From Chamaesiphon sp. (GTDB taxonomy: Bacteria; Cyanobacteriota; Cyanobacteriia; Cyanobacteriales; Chamaesiphonaceae), in the NCBI GenBank assembly GCA_965246715.1, contig CBDFFH010000043.1, forward strand, positions 64,001-128,000: DNA of 64,000 nt, written 5' to 3'. Below the pieces are notes generated by a model. That model had not been told where the DNA came from and made no database searches. It saw only the letters and a list, made by a program, of their open reading frames with translations. The translations under genes were made by a program, and so were the position numbers. Within the stretch, counting starts at the first letter, position 1, and each line of letters begins with the position of its first letter. Below are positions 31,865-42,161 of this stretch, piece after piece.

Positions 31865-33805
31865 ATGAAAATTCTGCTGGTAGAAGATGATGATGCATCA
31901 ATTGCCCTATTAAGTCGCAGTTTGAGCGGTCAACATTATATAGTCGATGCAGTCAAGGATGGAGAAATGGGGTGGACTTATGCCACCACCTTTGAATATG
32001 ACGCGATCGTCTTAGATTTGATGTTGCCGAAATTGGATGGGATTACGCTCTGCAAAAGATTGCGCACAGCTGGCTATACAATGCCGATTCTACTCCTGAC
32101 TTCCCAAGATCTCATTACTGCCAAAGTGCAGGGATTAGATGCAGGTGCGGATGATTATCTGGTCAAACCCTTCGATCTGGCGGAACTGATGGCTCGAATG
32201 CGAGCGTTGCTCCGCCGCAGTAGCGATCGAGCGTTACCGCTGTTGAGTTGGGAGAATTTGCTGCTCGATCCGAGTACCTGTGAAGTCACCTACGACGGTA
32301 AACTGCTAAACCTGACGACGAAAGAATACGATCTCTTAGAACTATTTTTACGCGATTGTTATCATGTTTTTAGTAGCGACGAGATTATCGATCGATTGTG
32401 GTCTTCCGATGATTTTCCGGCTGAGGCAACAGTTCGCTCTCACGTCCGGCGATTGCGAAGGAAACTCCAAGCCGCAGGTGCGCCACCTGATTCGATCGCG
32501 ACGATTCACGGGCGTGGATATTATCTCAAGTCAGATCGGTCAGCAGCAACTACCGATATCAACTTGCCACCTGTGGGAGCTAATGAACCGCTGACACCAG
32601 CAACTCCTCAGCAAGTGGAACGGCAACAAGCACAGTATCGAGCGTTCCTTCAGGAAACGTGGCAGACAACTCAACCTCAATGTCTGGATCGACTAACAGA
32701 GCTAAGTGTTACAGTCATGCACTTACTATTAGGCAGTTGTGGGGCTGGGGAACAAGATCGGGCACACCAACAAGCACATAAATTAGTGGGGACATTGGGT
32801 GTCTTTGGCGCGATTTCAGCGATGGAGATCGCTCGTCAAATCGAGCGCTTATTAGCGAGAGCGGTCGATCCGACTGCTACTGAAACATTATTATTACCAA
32901 AATTGCTGAGCGATTTGATGGTAGAAGTCGAATGCTTTACCGTTGGCGACGGCAATCCCCACGCACTCAGTCACACGATCGATACTCGTACTGGAGCGCC
33001 AGCGGCGAGGCTTGACGCTCTTAGTTCCAAGCTACCTTTATTATTACTGGTAGGTCTGGAGCCACATTTAACTCAATCAGCGATCGATCTTGCCAAAGGT
33101 CGCGATCTCCAAACAATGGTATTTGCGAATATCGAGACTGCCAATCGTTATCTGGACACTCTTCCCGATCTGCTCTCGTCTACAGTAGTACTCGTCAGTC
33201 TCGCTAACAGTCAACCATCTCTGGCTACATCGATCGCACAATTGGAATTTGTCAAAAATGTTCGTCGGCGGTTTCCCCATTGGGCGGTATTGGTACTGGG
33301 AGAACGCGATAGTTTACGCGATCGATTGGCTGTCGTCCGCTGTGGTGGCAAATTTATCGGCACCGTTAGCCTAACCGCCAAGCAAATCTTCACCGCCATA
33401 ACTGCCTGTATTCAACCAGCGATTGCCACTGCAAAGGTGATGGTAGTAGATGACGACCTCGATTGGTTGCGAACCCTACCTAAATTGTTGGAACCCTGGG
33501 GACTCAAAGTAAGTACCCTTGCCGATCCGCTACATTTTTGGACGGTATTACAGTCGGTGCGACCGGATGCCTTAATCTTGGATGTCAAGATGCCAGAGAT
33601 TAATGGTTTAGAGTTATGTCAGGTACTCCGCAGCGATCCGAGCTGGCAGCATTTACCAATTTTATTTCTCAGCGCGCTCGATGACTCGAGCGCGCAACAG
33701 GAAGCTTTTCGTGTCGGGGCGGATGATTATCTGTGTAAACCAATGTTAGGTGGCGAACTCGCCTGGCGCATCCGCCATCGGTTGGCACGACTGCAACTTA
33801 GTTGA
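31865..33805 (+). CDS. Multidomain response regulator (REC, winged helix, Hpt, degenerate REC, REC), RcaC-like architecture
   Basis: OmpR-type N-terminus (LDLMLP, ATIHGRGYYL), Hpt AHKLVGTLG and C-terminal REC (VVDDD, LDVKMP). Confidence 0.88.
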   Translation: MKILLVEDDDASIALLSRSLSGQHYIVDAVKDGEMGWTYATTFEYDAIVLDLMLPKLDGITLCKRLRTAGYTMPILLLTSQDLITAKVQGLDAGADDYLVKPFDLAELMARMRALLRRSSDRALPLLSWENLLLDPSTCEVTYDGKLLNLTTKEYDLLELFLRDCYHVFSSDEIIDRLWSSDDFPAEATVRSHVRRLRRKLQAAGAPPDSIATIHGRGYYLKSDRSAATTDINLPPVGANEPLTPATPQQVERQQAQYRAFLQETWQTTQPQCLDRLTELSVTVMHLLLGSCGAGEQDRAHQQAHKLVGTLGVFGAISAMEIARQIERLLARAVDPTATETLLLPKLLSDLMVEVECFTVGDGNPHALSHTIDTRTGAPAARLDALSSKLPLLLLVGLEPHLTQSAIDLAKGRDLQTMVFANIETANRYLDTLPDLLSSTVVLVSLANSQPSLATSIAQLEFVKNVRRRFPHWAVLVLGERDSLRDRLAVVRCGGKFIGTVSLTAKQIFTAITACIQPAIATAKVMVVDDDLDWLRTLPKLLEPWGLKVSTLADPLHFWTVLQSVRPDALILDVKMPEINGLELCQVLRSDPSWQHLPILFLSALDDSSAQQEAFRVGADDYLCKPMLGGELAWRIRHRLARLQLS

Positions 33806-33865
33806 TGTGCAGGAATTAGCCTAATTTGTTACATAAAAAAATTTATGAATGTAAGAAAGCTATTC

Positions 33866-33947
33866 AACGTGAGTTCGGGATAAGAATAGCCTAGAGACTG
33901 AAATCGGTGCTTGAACGAAGCAAATATCCTTAACCCGAACTCACGTT
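33866..33947. mobile_element. Short MITE-like element, family A (AACGTGAGTTCGGG ends)
   Basis: Terminal IR AACGTGAGTTCGGG...CCCGAACTCACGTT with ATTC on both sides. Confidence 0.75.
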
Positions 33948-33955
33948 ATTCAAAC

Positions 33956-33993
33956 AAATCAGGGCCGATCGACATGTCGATCGGCCCTGATTT
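33956..33993. terminator. Hairpin downstream of the desaturase (probable terminator)
   Basis: Perfect palindrome AAATCAGGGCCGATCGACATGTCGATCGGCCCTGATTT. Confidence 0.7.
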
Positions 33994-34032
33994 TAACTGC
34001 GATTTAGACTGAATTTCAGACTAGCAATAACC

Positions 34033-34899
34033 CTATTGCGTTGGCGGTAAAATTACCCGTCGAGCCAAACCAAGTTTTTGCAACAGTTTAATCGACCACC
34101 AAGTCATGTCGAGTTCCCACCACTGCCAGCCACCTTTGGCGACATTGGGATAAGCATGATGATTGTTGTGCCAGCCTTCGCCGTAAGTAAGTAATGCCGC
34201 CCACCAGAGATTACGAGAATTATCGTCCGACTCGTGGGAGCGATAGCCAGTGATATGGCTAGCTGAATTAATCAGCCAAGTGCTGTGCCACAGAATCACC
34301 GCACGCACGAACACACCGTAAATTACAAACGACCAACCGCCGATCGCATATAGTAACAGTCCGACAGGGATTTGGAGGAACAGAAAATATTTATCTAACC
34401 ACCGATAATAGGCATCTTTGGCTAAATCTGGTGCCGCCTTTTTGTAGTCATCAAAATTAAAAAAGTCAGCTTTTGGATAGAAAATCCAGAGCATGTGACT
34501 CCACCAAAAACCGCGTTTTGCCGAGTAGGGATCTTTATCCCAATCTTCGGTATATAAGTGGTGCTGGCGATGCCCAGCCACCCAGAAAATCGGCCCACCT
34601 TGAAGTGCTAACGAACCGATAGTGGCAAATACATATTCCAACCATTTGGGCACCTGCAAACTGCGATGCGTCAATAAACGGTGGAATCCCAGGCAAATCC
34701 CGATCGATCCAAACAGCCAGTGCAACACGATCGCCGCACCTAGTGCCGACCAGTCAAAAAACCACGGTGCTAATAATGCCAGCGCGTGGAACGATCCAAA
34801 AAAGATTACGTTCGTCCAACTTAATGCTGCCGAGTCCTGTCGTTCCGAGCTAGTATCGGAGCCTGCGCGTTGTTCCGCGACGGTCGAATTAGAAGTCAT
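34033..34899 (-). CDS. desC: Delta-9 acyl-lipid desaturase, DesC-type
   Basis: His boxes HRLLTH, HRQHH and HNNHH, plus GFWWSHM. The ATG at 34899 was preferred. Confidence 0.88.
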   Translation of the reverse strand: MTSNSTVAEQRAGSDTSSERQDSAALSWTNVIFFGSFHALALLAPWFFDWSALGAAIVLHWLFGSIGICLGFHRLLTHRSLQVPKWLEYVFATIGSLALQGGPIFWVAGHRQHHLYTEDWDKDPYSAKRGFWWSHMLWIFYPKADFFNFDDYKKAAPDLAKDAYYRWLDKYFLFLQIPVGLLLYAIGGWSFVIYGVFVRAVILWHSTWLINSASHITGYRSHESDDNSRNLWWAALLTYGEGWHNNHHAYPNVAKGGWQWWELDMTWWSIKLLQKLGLARRVILPPTQ

Positions 34900-35011
34900 A
34901 AATAATTTATTAGGTGTTAGGTTTGGGATCGGATCGCCAAACATCGTGCGTAATTATTTTCTACTTAGCTCGAAAGCAGGTCGGGCATTTCGGTATAGTA
35001 GAAATAGCTTG

Positions 35012-35075
35012 TGCAAGTAACGCTTGCTTCACCTATCTTAACAAGCTTTTCAGAAATGTGCAAGTGGTACTTGCA
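35012..35075. promoter_or_regulatory. Two operator-like palindromes TGCAAGT-N3-(A/G)CTTGC(A/T)
   Basis: TGCAAGTAACGCTTGCT (35012-35028) and the perfect TGCAAGTGGTACTTGCA (35059-35075) lie in the divergent desC/TetR intergenic region. Confidence 0.6.
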
Positions 35076-35253
35076 TTTTTGCTCTCGATCGATTCTCCCG
35101 CTCGTGCGGATTAGGCTAGGGTACCCATAACAACACACCGCCTCATTTAAATTCCCCTCCTCTGCGAAGGCAGACGCTACGCGAACGGAGGGGTGACCGA
35201 AGGGCGGGGTGGGTTCCGCGTTCCCACCCTCAATAACCCCAATCCCAGTTCCC

Positions 35254-36468
35254 ATGTCATCCTCCCGCAATCTTACCCGCCAACGACTGATTCATGCTGC
35301 GATCGAACTCTTTGCCACTCAAGGGGTGACAGAGACGACGACCAAACAGATTGCCGAACTAGCTCAGGTGAATGAAGTCACGCTATTCCGGCAATTTGGT
35401 AATAAACATGGCTTATTACTAGCAGTAATTGAAGATGCGGAAGTATTTGCCCAATTGGGGCAAAGCTTAGTAGCTGAATTACCACCTGCGAGCAATTTGC
35501 CACAAATGCTCAAAGATTATGCTAATACTTGCTTGCAAGCATTAGAGCAGACACCCGCAGTCGTCAGATCGCTCGTTGGGGAATCAGGACAATATTCTCC
35601 TGAAAATCGGCAAGCATTAGGGCGCAGTTTCGATCGAGCCAATCGACGCGTCGCCAAGTATTTAAAAACCGCCATCGGTGAATCGCAAGCTAATTTAAAT
35701 CTACCGATCGAACAATTGGTAAGTCTGCTCAATACACTATTATTCGGATATACAACGATCGAATTAACTAGTGAATATCATGAGCTATGGCGCGATCGAG
35801 CTGATTTTTTAGACAAGGTAATTACTTTATTTCTCGCGGGTGCTGTGGCAACAACTACCGAATCGATCGACCCTGTTATCCAGCCGATCGCACCCGATTT
35901 ACCAGAAGCGAGCGTTCATCAAATCTTGCAAAGAGCTAAGCAGCAAGGGGCACAAATTTATGCGATTGTATATGTATTATTTGGAGCGGGATTGAATATT
36001 GGGGAGCTAGTAAGACTGAATCGATCGCATCACTATAGCACTAGCGATCGACAGTTATTACAAATTACTCAAGGCTTAGTGCGGCAAGTACCTGTCAATC
36101 AGTGGATTATGGAAAAACGTTACGGCTCGTATCTCAAAAATCCCCTGACTCAATGGTTGAGAAGTCGTAAAGATCCGAATGTGGCTCTATTTATCGGCGC
36201 GGATGGAGCCGCATTAACCGAGACGGAGTTGCGCCAACAATGGCAACAATTAACTAACGAAATTATCACACCAACTGGAGAACCACCGCACATCGAACAA
36301 ACCCAATCGACATGGTGTGTAGAAATGCTAATGCGTGGACTAAATACTGAAGCGATGCAAGTACTAACGGGTTGGGAAGCCAATCAACTCGAACCATACG
36401 TACTACGTGCTAAAGAACAAACGGCTCTGTTAGCAGCATTTAATCTCGATACCGCCAAACAGCGATAG
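35254..36468 (+). CDS. TetR-family regulator fused to a C-terminal tyrosine-recombinase-like domain lacking key catalytic residues
   Basis: TetR HTH (TTKQIAELAQVNEVTLFRQFGNK). The C-terminus parallels the XerC/D catalytic domain (LFGAGLNIGELVRL, RQVP, ALFIG..G..LT, EMLMRG...QVLTGW...EPY). Confidence 0.8.
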   Translation: MSSSRNLTRQRLIHAAIELFATQGVTETTTKQIAELAQVNEVTLFRQFGNKHGLLLAVIEDAEVFAQLGQSLVAELPPASNLPQMLKDYANTCLQALEQTPAVVRSLVGESGQYSPENRQALGRSFDRANRRVAKYLKTAIGESQANLNLPIEQLVSLLNTLLFGYTTIELTSEYHELWRDRADFLDKVITLFLAGAVATTTESIDPVIQPIAPDLPEASVHQILQRAKQQGAQIYAIVYVLFGAGLNIGELVRLNRSHHYSTSDRQLLQITQGLVRQVPVNQWIMEKRYGSYLKNPLTQWLRSRKDPNVALFIGADGAALTETELRQQWQQLTNEIITPTGEPPHIEQTQSTWCVEMLMRGLNTEAMQVLTGWEANQLEPYVLRAKEQTALLAAFNLDTAKQR

Positions 36469-36540
36469 GGTGAGGCTATTGTAGGGAGCATAAATTCGCA
36501 GTTATTCGATCGCGAACATTTAGGTAGAATTTGTAGATAT

Positions 36541-36632
36541 TTGCCAGCGGTGGTGGTGCCTTACAATCCTCTGCTTAGATCCTTTAGCGAGCGATTGTTA
36601 GCGCTTGGTAAGATAAAGATGCAGGCTATTGA
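36541..36632 (+). pseudogene. Remnant resembling the C-terminus of an IS110-family transposase
   Basis: PAVVVPYNPLLRSFSERLLALGKIKMQAI resembles the IS110 C-terminal pattern (PA..A.R.NP.L..FY.RL...GK.KM.A). The rest of the gene is absent. Confidence 0.55.
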
Positions 36633-36761
36633 TGCCGATATACTAATAGTCCTCGAACGACTAGTCGTTGCCCAAGCTTCGGACTGGCATCTTCAAACAA
36701 AACATCGCCTCACTTACCAATAATTACCAAACCTAGATCTAAACATCACACCAAGCATCCC

Positions 36762-37967
36762 ATGAACATCCCACCCCTAAGTTGGCAAGAACTAGAAGAT
36801 TTAGCGAACTTTCAAGTAGATACAGTCAATGGACAGACCAATTCCCAAGCGAGATTAAGACTATTCGATCGACCCGAATCTGAAGTCCGCGTGACACTCT
36901 ACCGCGATAATCATGCTTGGTGCCCCTACTGTCAGAAGATCTGGCTGTGGCTGGAGGAAAAACAGATCCCTTACCGGATCGAAAAAGTTACCATGTTTTG
37001 CTATGGCGAAAAAGAGAGTTGGTACAAGCGCAAAGTACCATCGGGAATGCTCCCAGCACTGGAACTAGACGGACGCATCATCACGGAAAGCGATGATATC
37101 TTAATGGCACTGGAACGAGAATTTGGTGCTTTGGGTCGAGGAATGCGCGATCCCCAAGTATTGCCATTGCGTCAATTGGAGCGGCTGCTGTTTAGAGCTT
37201 GGTGCGCTTGGTTGTGCCGTCCGTCGAACTCAGAGCGGGAAGAACAACGCAACCGCGAGCAATTTACTGGCGTAGTCGAAATGGTTGAAGAAGCACTAGG
37301 TAGCACTCCAGGAGACTATTTCCTGGCGGAGTTCGGTACTGCTGACGTAATTTTTACGCCTTATGTCGAGCGGATGAATGCCAGTCTCTACTATTACAAA
37401 GGCTATTCGTTGCGTGAAGATAACCCCCGCTTTAAGGCTTGGTTTGCAGCGATGGAAACTCGATCGACCTATCGCGGTACCCAGAGCGATTTTCATACCC
37501 ACGTTCACGATCTCCCGCCCCAAATGGGTGGCTGCTGGGAAAACGGCGAACCGCAGATGCTCATCAACAAGGCGCGTGTCGATAATGGCCCCTGGGAAGG
37601 GCTACCCGATGTAACTTATACAGAGCCAGAAACCGCTCGTGCCGAAGCTCTCCAGCGCACCCTCAAGCACCGTAGCAATATCATTCGGGTCAATCCTGCC
37701 GATAACAATCTCATGGATGAAGCGTTACGCTGTGCGCTCACCCAGATGATGACTGGAAAAACTTGCCAACCACCGTCAGGCGGTGATGTTGCGCTGCGAT
37801 ATTTACGCGATCGAATTAACGTCCCTCGGGATATGTCGATCTATGCAGCGAAACGCCTGCGGAAATCCCTAGAAGAAACCGCCGCTCTAACTGGTGACGG
37901 ACAAGGCAATCCCATTCCCTTCAACCATCGTCGCGACCAAAATCCCGCTGATTTTCGCAATAATTAA
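36762..37967 (+). CDS. Glutathione S-transferase family protein (CPYC type)
   Basis: [29 protein letters not shown] and a GST C-domain. Confidence 0.88.
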   Translation: MNIPPLSWQELEDLANFQVDTVNGQTNSQARLRLFDRPESEVRVTLYRDNHAWCPYCQKIWLWLEEKQIPYRIEKVTMFCYGEKESWYKRKVPSGMLPALELDGRIITESDDILMALEREFGALGRGMRDPQVLPLRQLERLLFRAWCAWLCRPSNSEREEQRNREQFTGVVEMVEEALGSTPGDYFLAEFGTADVIFTPYVERMNASLYYYKGYSLREDNPRFKAWFAAMETRSTYRGTQSDFHTHVHDLPPQMGGCWENGEPQMLINKARVDNGPWEGLPDVTYTEPETARAEALQRTLKHRSNIIRVNPADNNLMDEALRCALTQMMTGKTCQPPSGGDVALRYLRDRINVPRDMSIYAAKRLRKSLEETAALTGDGQGNPIPFNHRRDQNPADFRNN

Positions 37968-38378
37968 TTTGGGATGGCGCTCGCGCTGTTAAAGTTATCG
38001 TCAGCACAAGTTCATCGATCGAGCTATTATTTTCTGCTGCTCTTATGCGACAATTTGAATTTTAAGGACTGTAATCTTTTTGAAATGTGCCTCAACCGCT
38101 AATGTTAGGTTGCCGTTATCTATTGCCACTGCGGCGAATTGGCTTCAATGCGATCGATCCACTTAAATGGAATGGTGACTTTAACGGGAACGAGCCATTA
38201 ATTGCCTCTGGTAATGAGCCTAGCAACGATTCTGCCGCTTATCGTGACCTTTTGCTAGCAGCTATCGCGATCGAATATCCCACAGCATTGGTTTTAGCAT
38301 TACCGCAGCTTAGGAGCGAGATCGATCGTGTTATCATATATCGACTGTCGAACCAGCATCTCTATCCCTGCTTTCCGT

Positions 38379-40727
38379 ATGTTAGATATCCGCGCTCAGA
38401 TTGCTACTGAATTAGACTTAAACCAAGCCTTAGTTCAGAATGTTTTAGATCTATTTGCAGAAGGAGCGACGATTCCGTTTATCGCGCGGTATCGGAAAGA
38501 GCGGACGGGAGAAATGAATGAGATCGTCTTGCGCGAATTAGAAGAAAGATTTACTTATCTCACCGAATTAGCAGCACGAAAAGAATCGATTCTAAGTTCG
38601 ATCGAGTCACAAGCTAAACTCACTCCTGAGCTTAAAGCTAAGATCGAAAATTGCTTACTCAAGACCGAATTAGAAGATCTATATCTTCCCTACAAACCTA
38701 AGCGCCGCACGCGAGCGACAATTGCTAGAGAAAAAGGATTAGATCCATTTGCTGAGTTCATTCGAGCGTTAAATATCCCCACAGCCCAACCTGTGGATTT
38801 AGAATTAGAAGCCGCTAAATATATCAACGAAGAACTAGGCGTGAAAACCGCTGCTGATGCCTTGGCTGGAGCTTCCGATATCATCGCCGAATCGACTGCC
38901 GACAAAGCTAATTTGCGCGCTTACATCCGCGAATATATTTACTCGGAAGGTCAATTTACTTCGAGCATCAAAGATGATGTCGAGGAAGGTTCGACTAAGT
39001 ATGAGATGTATCGCAAATATTCGGTACCCGTTAGCAAAGTTGCCCCGCACAATCTCCTCGCCCTATTGCGTGGTGAAACTGAGAAAGTACTAAATCTGGA
39101 TCTAGATTTTAGTGAAGAGGATATCTGCGATTATTTAGCAGAACGAGAAATCCAGACTAAAGTAACCACAGTCCGTCAGTTTTATATCAATATGCTCAAA
39201 GATGCCTTCAATCGGTTGATGAAGACATCACTAATTAATGAAGTCCGAGCTGAAGCAAAATTACAGGCAGATATCGGCTCGATTTCCAACTTTGAAACCA
39301 ACTTACGCGAACTATTACTATCGGCTCCAGCAGGGATGAAACCGACACTTGCGATCGATCCTGGCTTTCGATCGGGATGTAAAGTTGCAGTATTATCAGA
39401 AACGGGTAAATTCCTGGCTTACGAAGCAGTTTTCCCCCATCAAGCAGCCAATCAACGCCAACAAGCGGCAAATACAGTCAAACAATTCATCAAGAAATAT
39501 AATATTCAATTAATCGCGATCGGGAATGGTACCGCCGGACGTGAAACCGACCAATTTGTCATCGAATTACTCGCAGATGTCGAACCAAAACCGATTAAAG
39601 TAATGGTAAATGAATCGGGTGCATCGATTTATTCCGCGAGTGAAGTAGCGATCTCTGAATTTCCCGATCTCGATATTACCGTGCGCGGTGCAATTAGCAT
39701 CGGTCGTCGCTTACAAGATCCCCTAGCTGAGTTGGTAAAAATCGATCCCAAATCGATCGGTGTCGGTCAATATCAACACGATGTAGACCAAAAATTGCTC
39801 AGAAAGAAACTCGATGATACCGTCGAAAGTTGCGTAAACTTTGTTGGTGTAGATCTCAATACCGCATCCAAAGAATTACTCACCTTCGTATCGGGATTAA
39901 CCCCGGCAGTTGCTAACAACATCGTCGCCTATCGGAACGAAAACGGAGCTTTTAAAAACCGCAAACAACTGCTCAAAGTCGCCAAACTCGGCCCCAAAGC
40001 CTACGAGCAAGCAGCGGGATTCCTCCGCATCCGTGATGGCGAGAATCCCCTCGACAATACCGCCGTTCATCCAGAGAGTTATGGAATCCTGGCATCGATC
40101 TCAAAAGACACAAACATCCCCCTCACCGAGCCGACTAGACTTGCTTCAGAACTCAAACAGACCGACCTGAAGAAATATATCACCGACAAAATTGGCGAAC
40201 CTACCCTGCGCGACATCATCAGCGAACTCGAAAAACCCGGACGCGACCCCCGCGCGGAGTTTAAATATGCCACCTTTAAGGAAGGCATTGCGGAAATTAA
40301 AGATTTAGAAGTCGGGATGGAATTAGAAGGCACCGTGACCAATGTAGCTAACTTTGGTGCCTTTGTAGATATTGGGGTTCATCAAGATGGCTTGGTGCAT
40401 ATTTCTCAATTAGCCGACACCTTTGTCAGCGACCCCAATCAGGTGGTGAAGGTGGGTCAAGTGGTGAAGGTGCGGGTGCTAGAAGTTAATGCTCAATTGA
40501 AGCGGGTAAGTCTGACAATGAAGATTGGTGGTGCGGTGAATTCTAACGATGTCCGAGTTACCCAGCAGCCAGCAGTGCGGGGGAATAAGCCTCAACCAGT
40601 TGCAGTTAAGCCACAAGGCAAGGTCGATAATCATCCTCGGAATGTCTCTTCGGGATCGTCAGCTTCAACTTCCGATCGGCCAGCTACACTAGAAGATCTA
40701 CAACGGAAGTTTGGGAAGAAGAAGTAA
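38379..40727 (+). CDS. tex: Tex-family transcription accessory protein with S1 domain
   Basis: GATIPFIARYRKERTG, IDPGFRSGCK, GRRLQDPLAELVKIDPKSIGVGQYQHD and S1 FGAFVDIGVHQDGLVHIS. Confidence 0.96.
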   Translation: MLDIRAQIATELDLNQALVQNVLDLFAEGATIPFIARYRKERTGEMNEIVLRELEERFTYLTELAARKESILSSIESQAKLTPELKAKIENCLLKTELEDLYLPYKPKRRTRATIAREKGLDPFAEFIRALNIPTAQPVDLELEAAKYINEELGVKTAADALAGASDIIAESTADKANLRAYIREYIYSEGQFTSSIKDDVEEGSTKYEMYRKYSVPVSKVAPHNLLALLRGETEKVLNLDLDFSEEDICDYLAEREIQTKVTTVRQFYINMLKDAFNRLMKTSLINEVRAEAKLQADIGSISNFETNLRELLLSAPAGMKPTLAIDPGFRSGCKVAVLSETGKFLAYEAVFPHQAANQRQQAANTVKQFIKKYNIQLIAIGNGTAGRETDQFVIELLADVEPKPIKVMVNESGASIYSASEVAISEFPDLDITVRGAISIGRRLQDPLAELVKIDPKSIGVGQYQHDVDQKLLRKKLDDTVESCVNFVGVDLNTASKELLTFVSGLTPAVANNIVAYRNENGAFKNRKQLLKVAKLGPKAYEQAAGFLRIRDGENPLDNTAVHPESYGILASISKDTNIPLTEPTRLASELKQTDLKKYITDKIGEPTLRDIISELEKPGRDPRAEFKYATFKEGIAEIKDLEVGMELEGTVTNVANFGAFVDIGVHQDGLVHISQLADTFVSDPNQVVKVGQVVKVRVLEVNAQLKRVSLTMKIGGAVNSNDVRVTQQPAVRGNKPQPVAVKPQGKVDNHPRNVSSGSSASTSDRPATLEDLQRKFGKKK

Positions 40728-40794
40728 AATTTTAGGGATAGAATCGCAGTTACAATCTCGGATTATCGATCGGATTGAGATTAGCGACTGTTTT

Positions 40795-41044
40795 AATGTG
40801 AGTTCGGGTTAAGGATATTTGCTTCGTTCGAGTCCCGCCACCGATTGTGTCTTGTCTCGCTTTTCGCGTCGGGAAACCCGACGGGCGCGAGCCGCAAATC
40901 GGGGCTAGTATTACAAAGTCCGCCTACGCGGACTGATTAACTAGTCCGTGTAGGCAGGCTTTTGCCGCTCGCGGCAACAACCGGACTTTGCGTCATGAGC
41001 CGAGACTTCCAGTCTCCAGGCATTTCTTATCCCGAACTCAGGTT
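40795..41044. mobile_element. Family A MITE-like element with nested hairpins
   Basis: Ends AATGTGAGTTCGGGTTAAGG and CTTATCCCGAACTCAGGTT, with GTTTT on both sides. Internal REP-doublet-like palindrome at 40915-40962. Confidence 0.75.
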
Positions 41045-41047
41045 GTT

Positions 41048-41611
41048 TTACAACAATAACCAAGCAAATAAACTTTCGATCGATAGATTTAACTCGCTGA
41101 CAAAAGATGGCACTGGTAGCAAAGAATCTGACTCGTCAAATACTGCTACTTCTTGCTTAGGACGATAAACAAACACGGTTTTTTCCGCAGGATCGATTAA
41201 CCAACCGATCTGGGTGCCATATTTCAAACAATGCAGAATATTTTTCGTTACCTTAGTGTGGCTTTGGTCTGGAGACAAGATTTCGATTGTCCAATCTGGA
41301 GCTAAGGGAAACACATTCGCAATTTCACCGTTTTCATCGCAGGGAATTCGATTCCAAATAAATACCGTAACATCGGGGACGATCGATCGACCGCCAAATG
41401 TACAGCGTAACTCAGGAAATGCACTAGCAATTTTTTGTTGCTCGGCAATTGTATTGATGGCGGATACGAACTTCCCCTGAATTCTACTGTGCTTCCCTTG
41501 TGGCATGGGCTTTTGAATAATTTGACCGTCGATATACTCACTGGCTGGCTTAGTTTCTGGTAGTTTCAGGAACTCTGCCAATGTCAGTGTTTTTGCGCCT
41601 ATTTGAACCAT
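41048..41611 (-). CDS. Uma2-family (PD-(D/E)XK) putative endonuclease
   Basis: EYIDGQIIQKPMP..KHS, PELRCTF, VPDV, APDWTIEILSP and WLIDP. The start is at 41611 or 41650. Confidence 0.92.
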   Translation of the reverse strand: MVQIGAKTLTLAEFLKLPETKPASEYIDGQIIQKPMPQGKHSRIQGKFVSAINTIAEQQKIASAFPELRCTFGGRSIVPDVTVFIWNRIPCDENGEIANVFPLAPDWTIEILSPDQSHTKVTKNILHCLKYGTQIGWLIDPAEKTVFVYRPKQEVAVFDESDSLLPVPSFVSELNLSIESLFAWLLL

Positions 41612-41844
41612 CTTGGGACTGCCTCCAGCTTTGCTAGTTCGAGTTCTCATCTTTAATTTTACAGCGAATGCTCCCTTGGAGTAGGTTAATTACGCTATCC
41701 GCATTGCGAAGGTTGGTGTCATAATAATCGTAATCCCTCTATCAAAGTCAATGATGATAATCTCGATCGATCCGAGCTTCCCATCAAAGAAAGTGTCATT
41801 AACTAACTTATATAAATGCCATCCCTCAACAATTTATCGCGCTC

Positions 41845-42012
41845 ATGAATATCGAAGAAATACAACCAGAACGAGACAAGTTACCAGCAAGTAACAATGT
41901 CAAACTCGATCGAGAACAAGAATCCGAGAAAATCATCTGTCCTCATTGTCTACGCACTGCTACCAATGGGATTAAATGCAAGGGAATTTGTGTGGCTGAC
42001 AGTGACTATTGA
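41845..42012 (+). CDS. 55-aa Cys-rich micro-protein (not in the ORF track)
   Basis: MNIEEIQPERDKLPASNNVKLDREQESEKIICPHCLRTATNGIKCKGICVADSDY*. The motif is shared with the next ORF. Confidence 0.7.
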   Translation: MNIEEIQPERDKLPASNNVKLDREQESEKIICPHCLRTATNGIKCKGICVADSDY

Positions 42013-42161
42013 TGCATGAAGTTTAGAAAAGCGGTGATTATTGCTATCCCGTCGGGGCAAGCTGTCGATCGAGTTTGGCGATCGGTTGTGACTTGCGTCA
42101 GACCCAGCGATTGTTAAGTTTAGTAAACTATGCACACAACCCCGAAAAACCCGCCATTCCA

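Noticed and set aside
35893..36468. Active integrase marking a prophage or genomic island
   Set aside because: The catalytic Arg and HxxR residues appear absent, no att-like repeats or phage genes are visible, and the flanks are ordinary chromosomal genes.
38087..38410. 107-aa ORF between the GST gene and tex
   Set aside because: It overlaps the tex start and has no recognisable features, so it cannot be supported.
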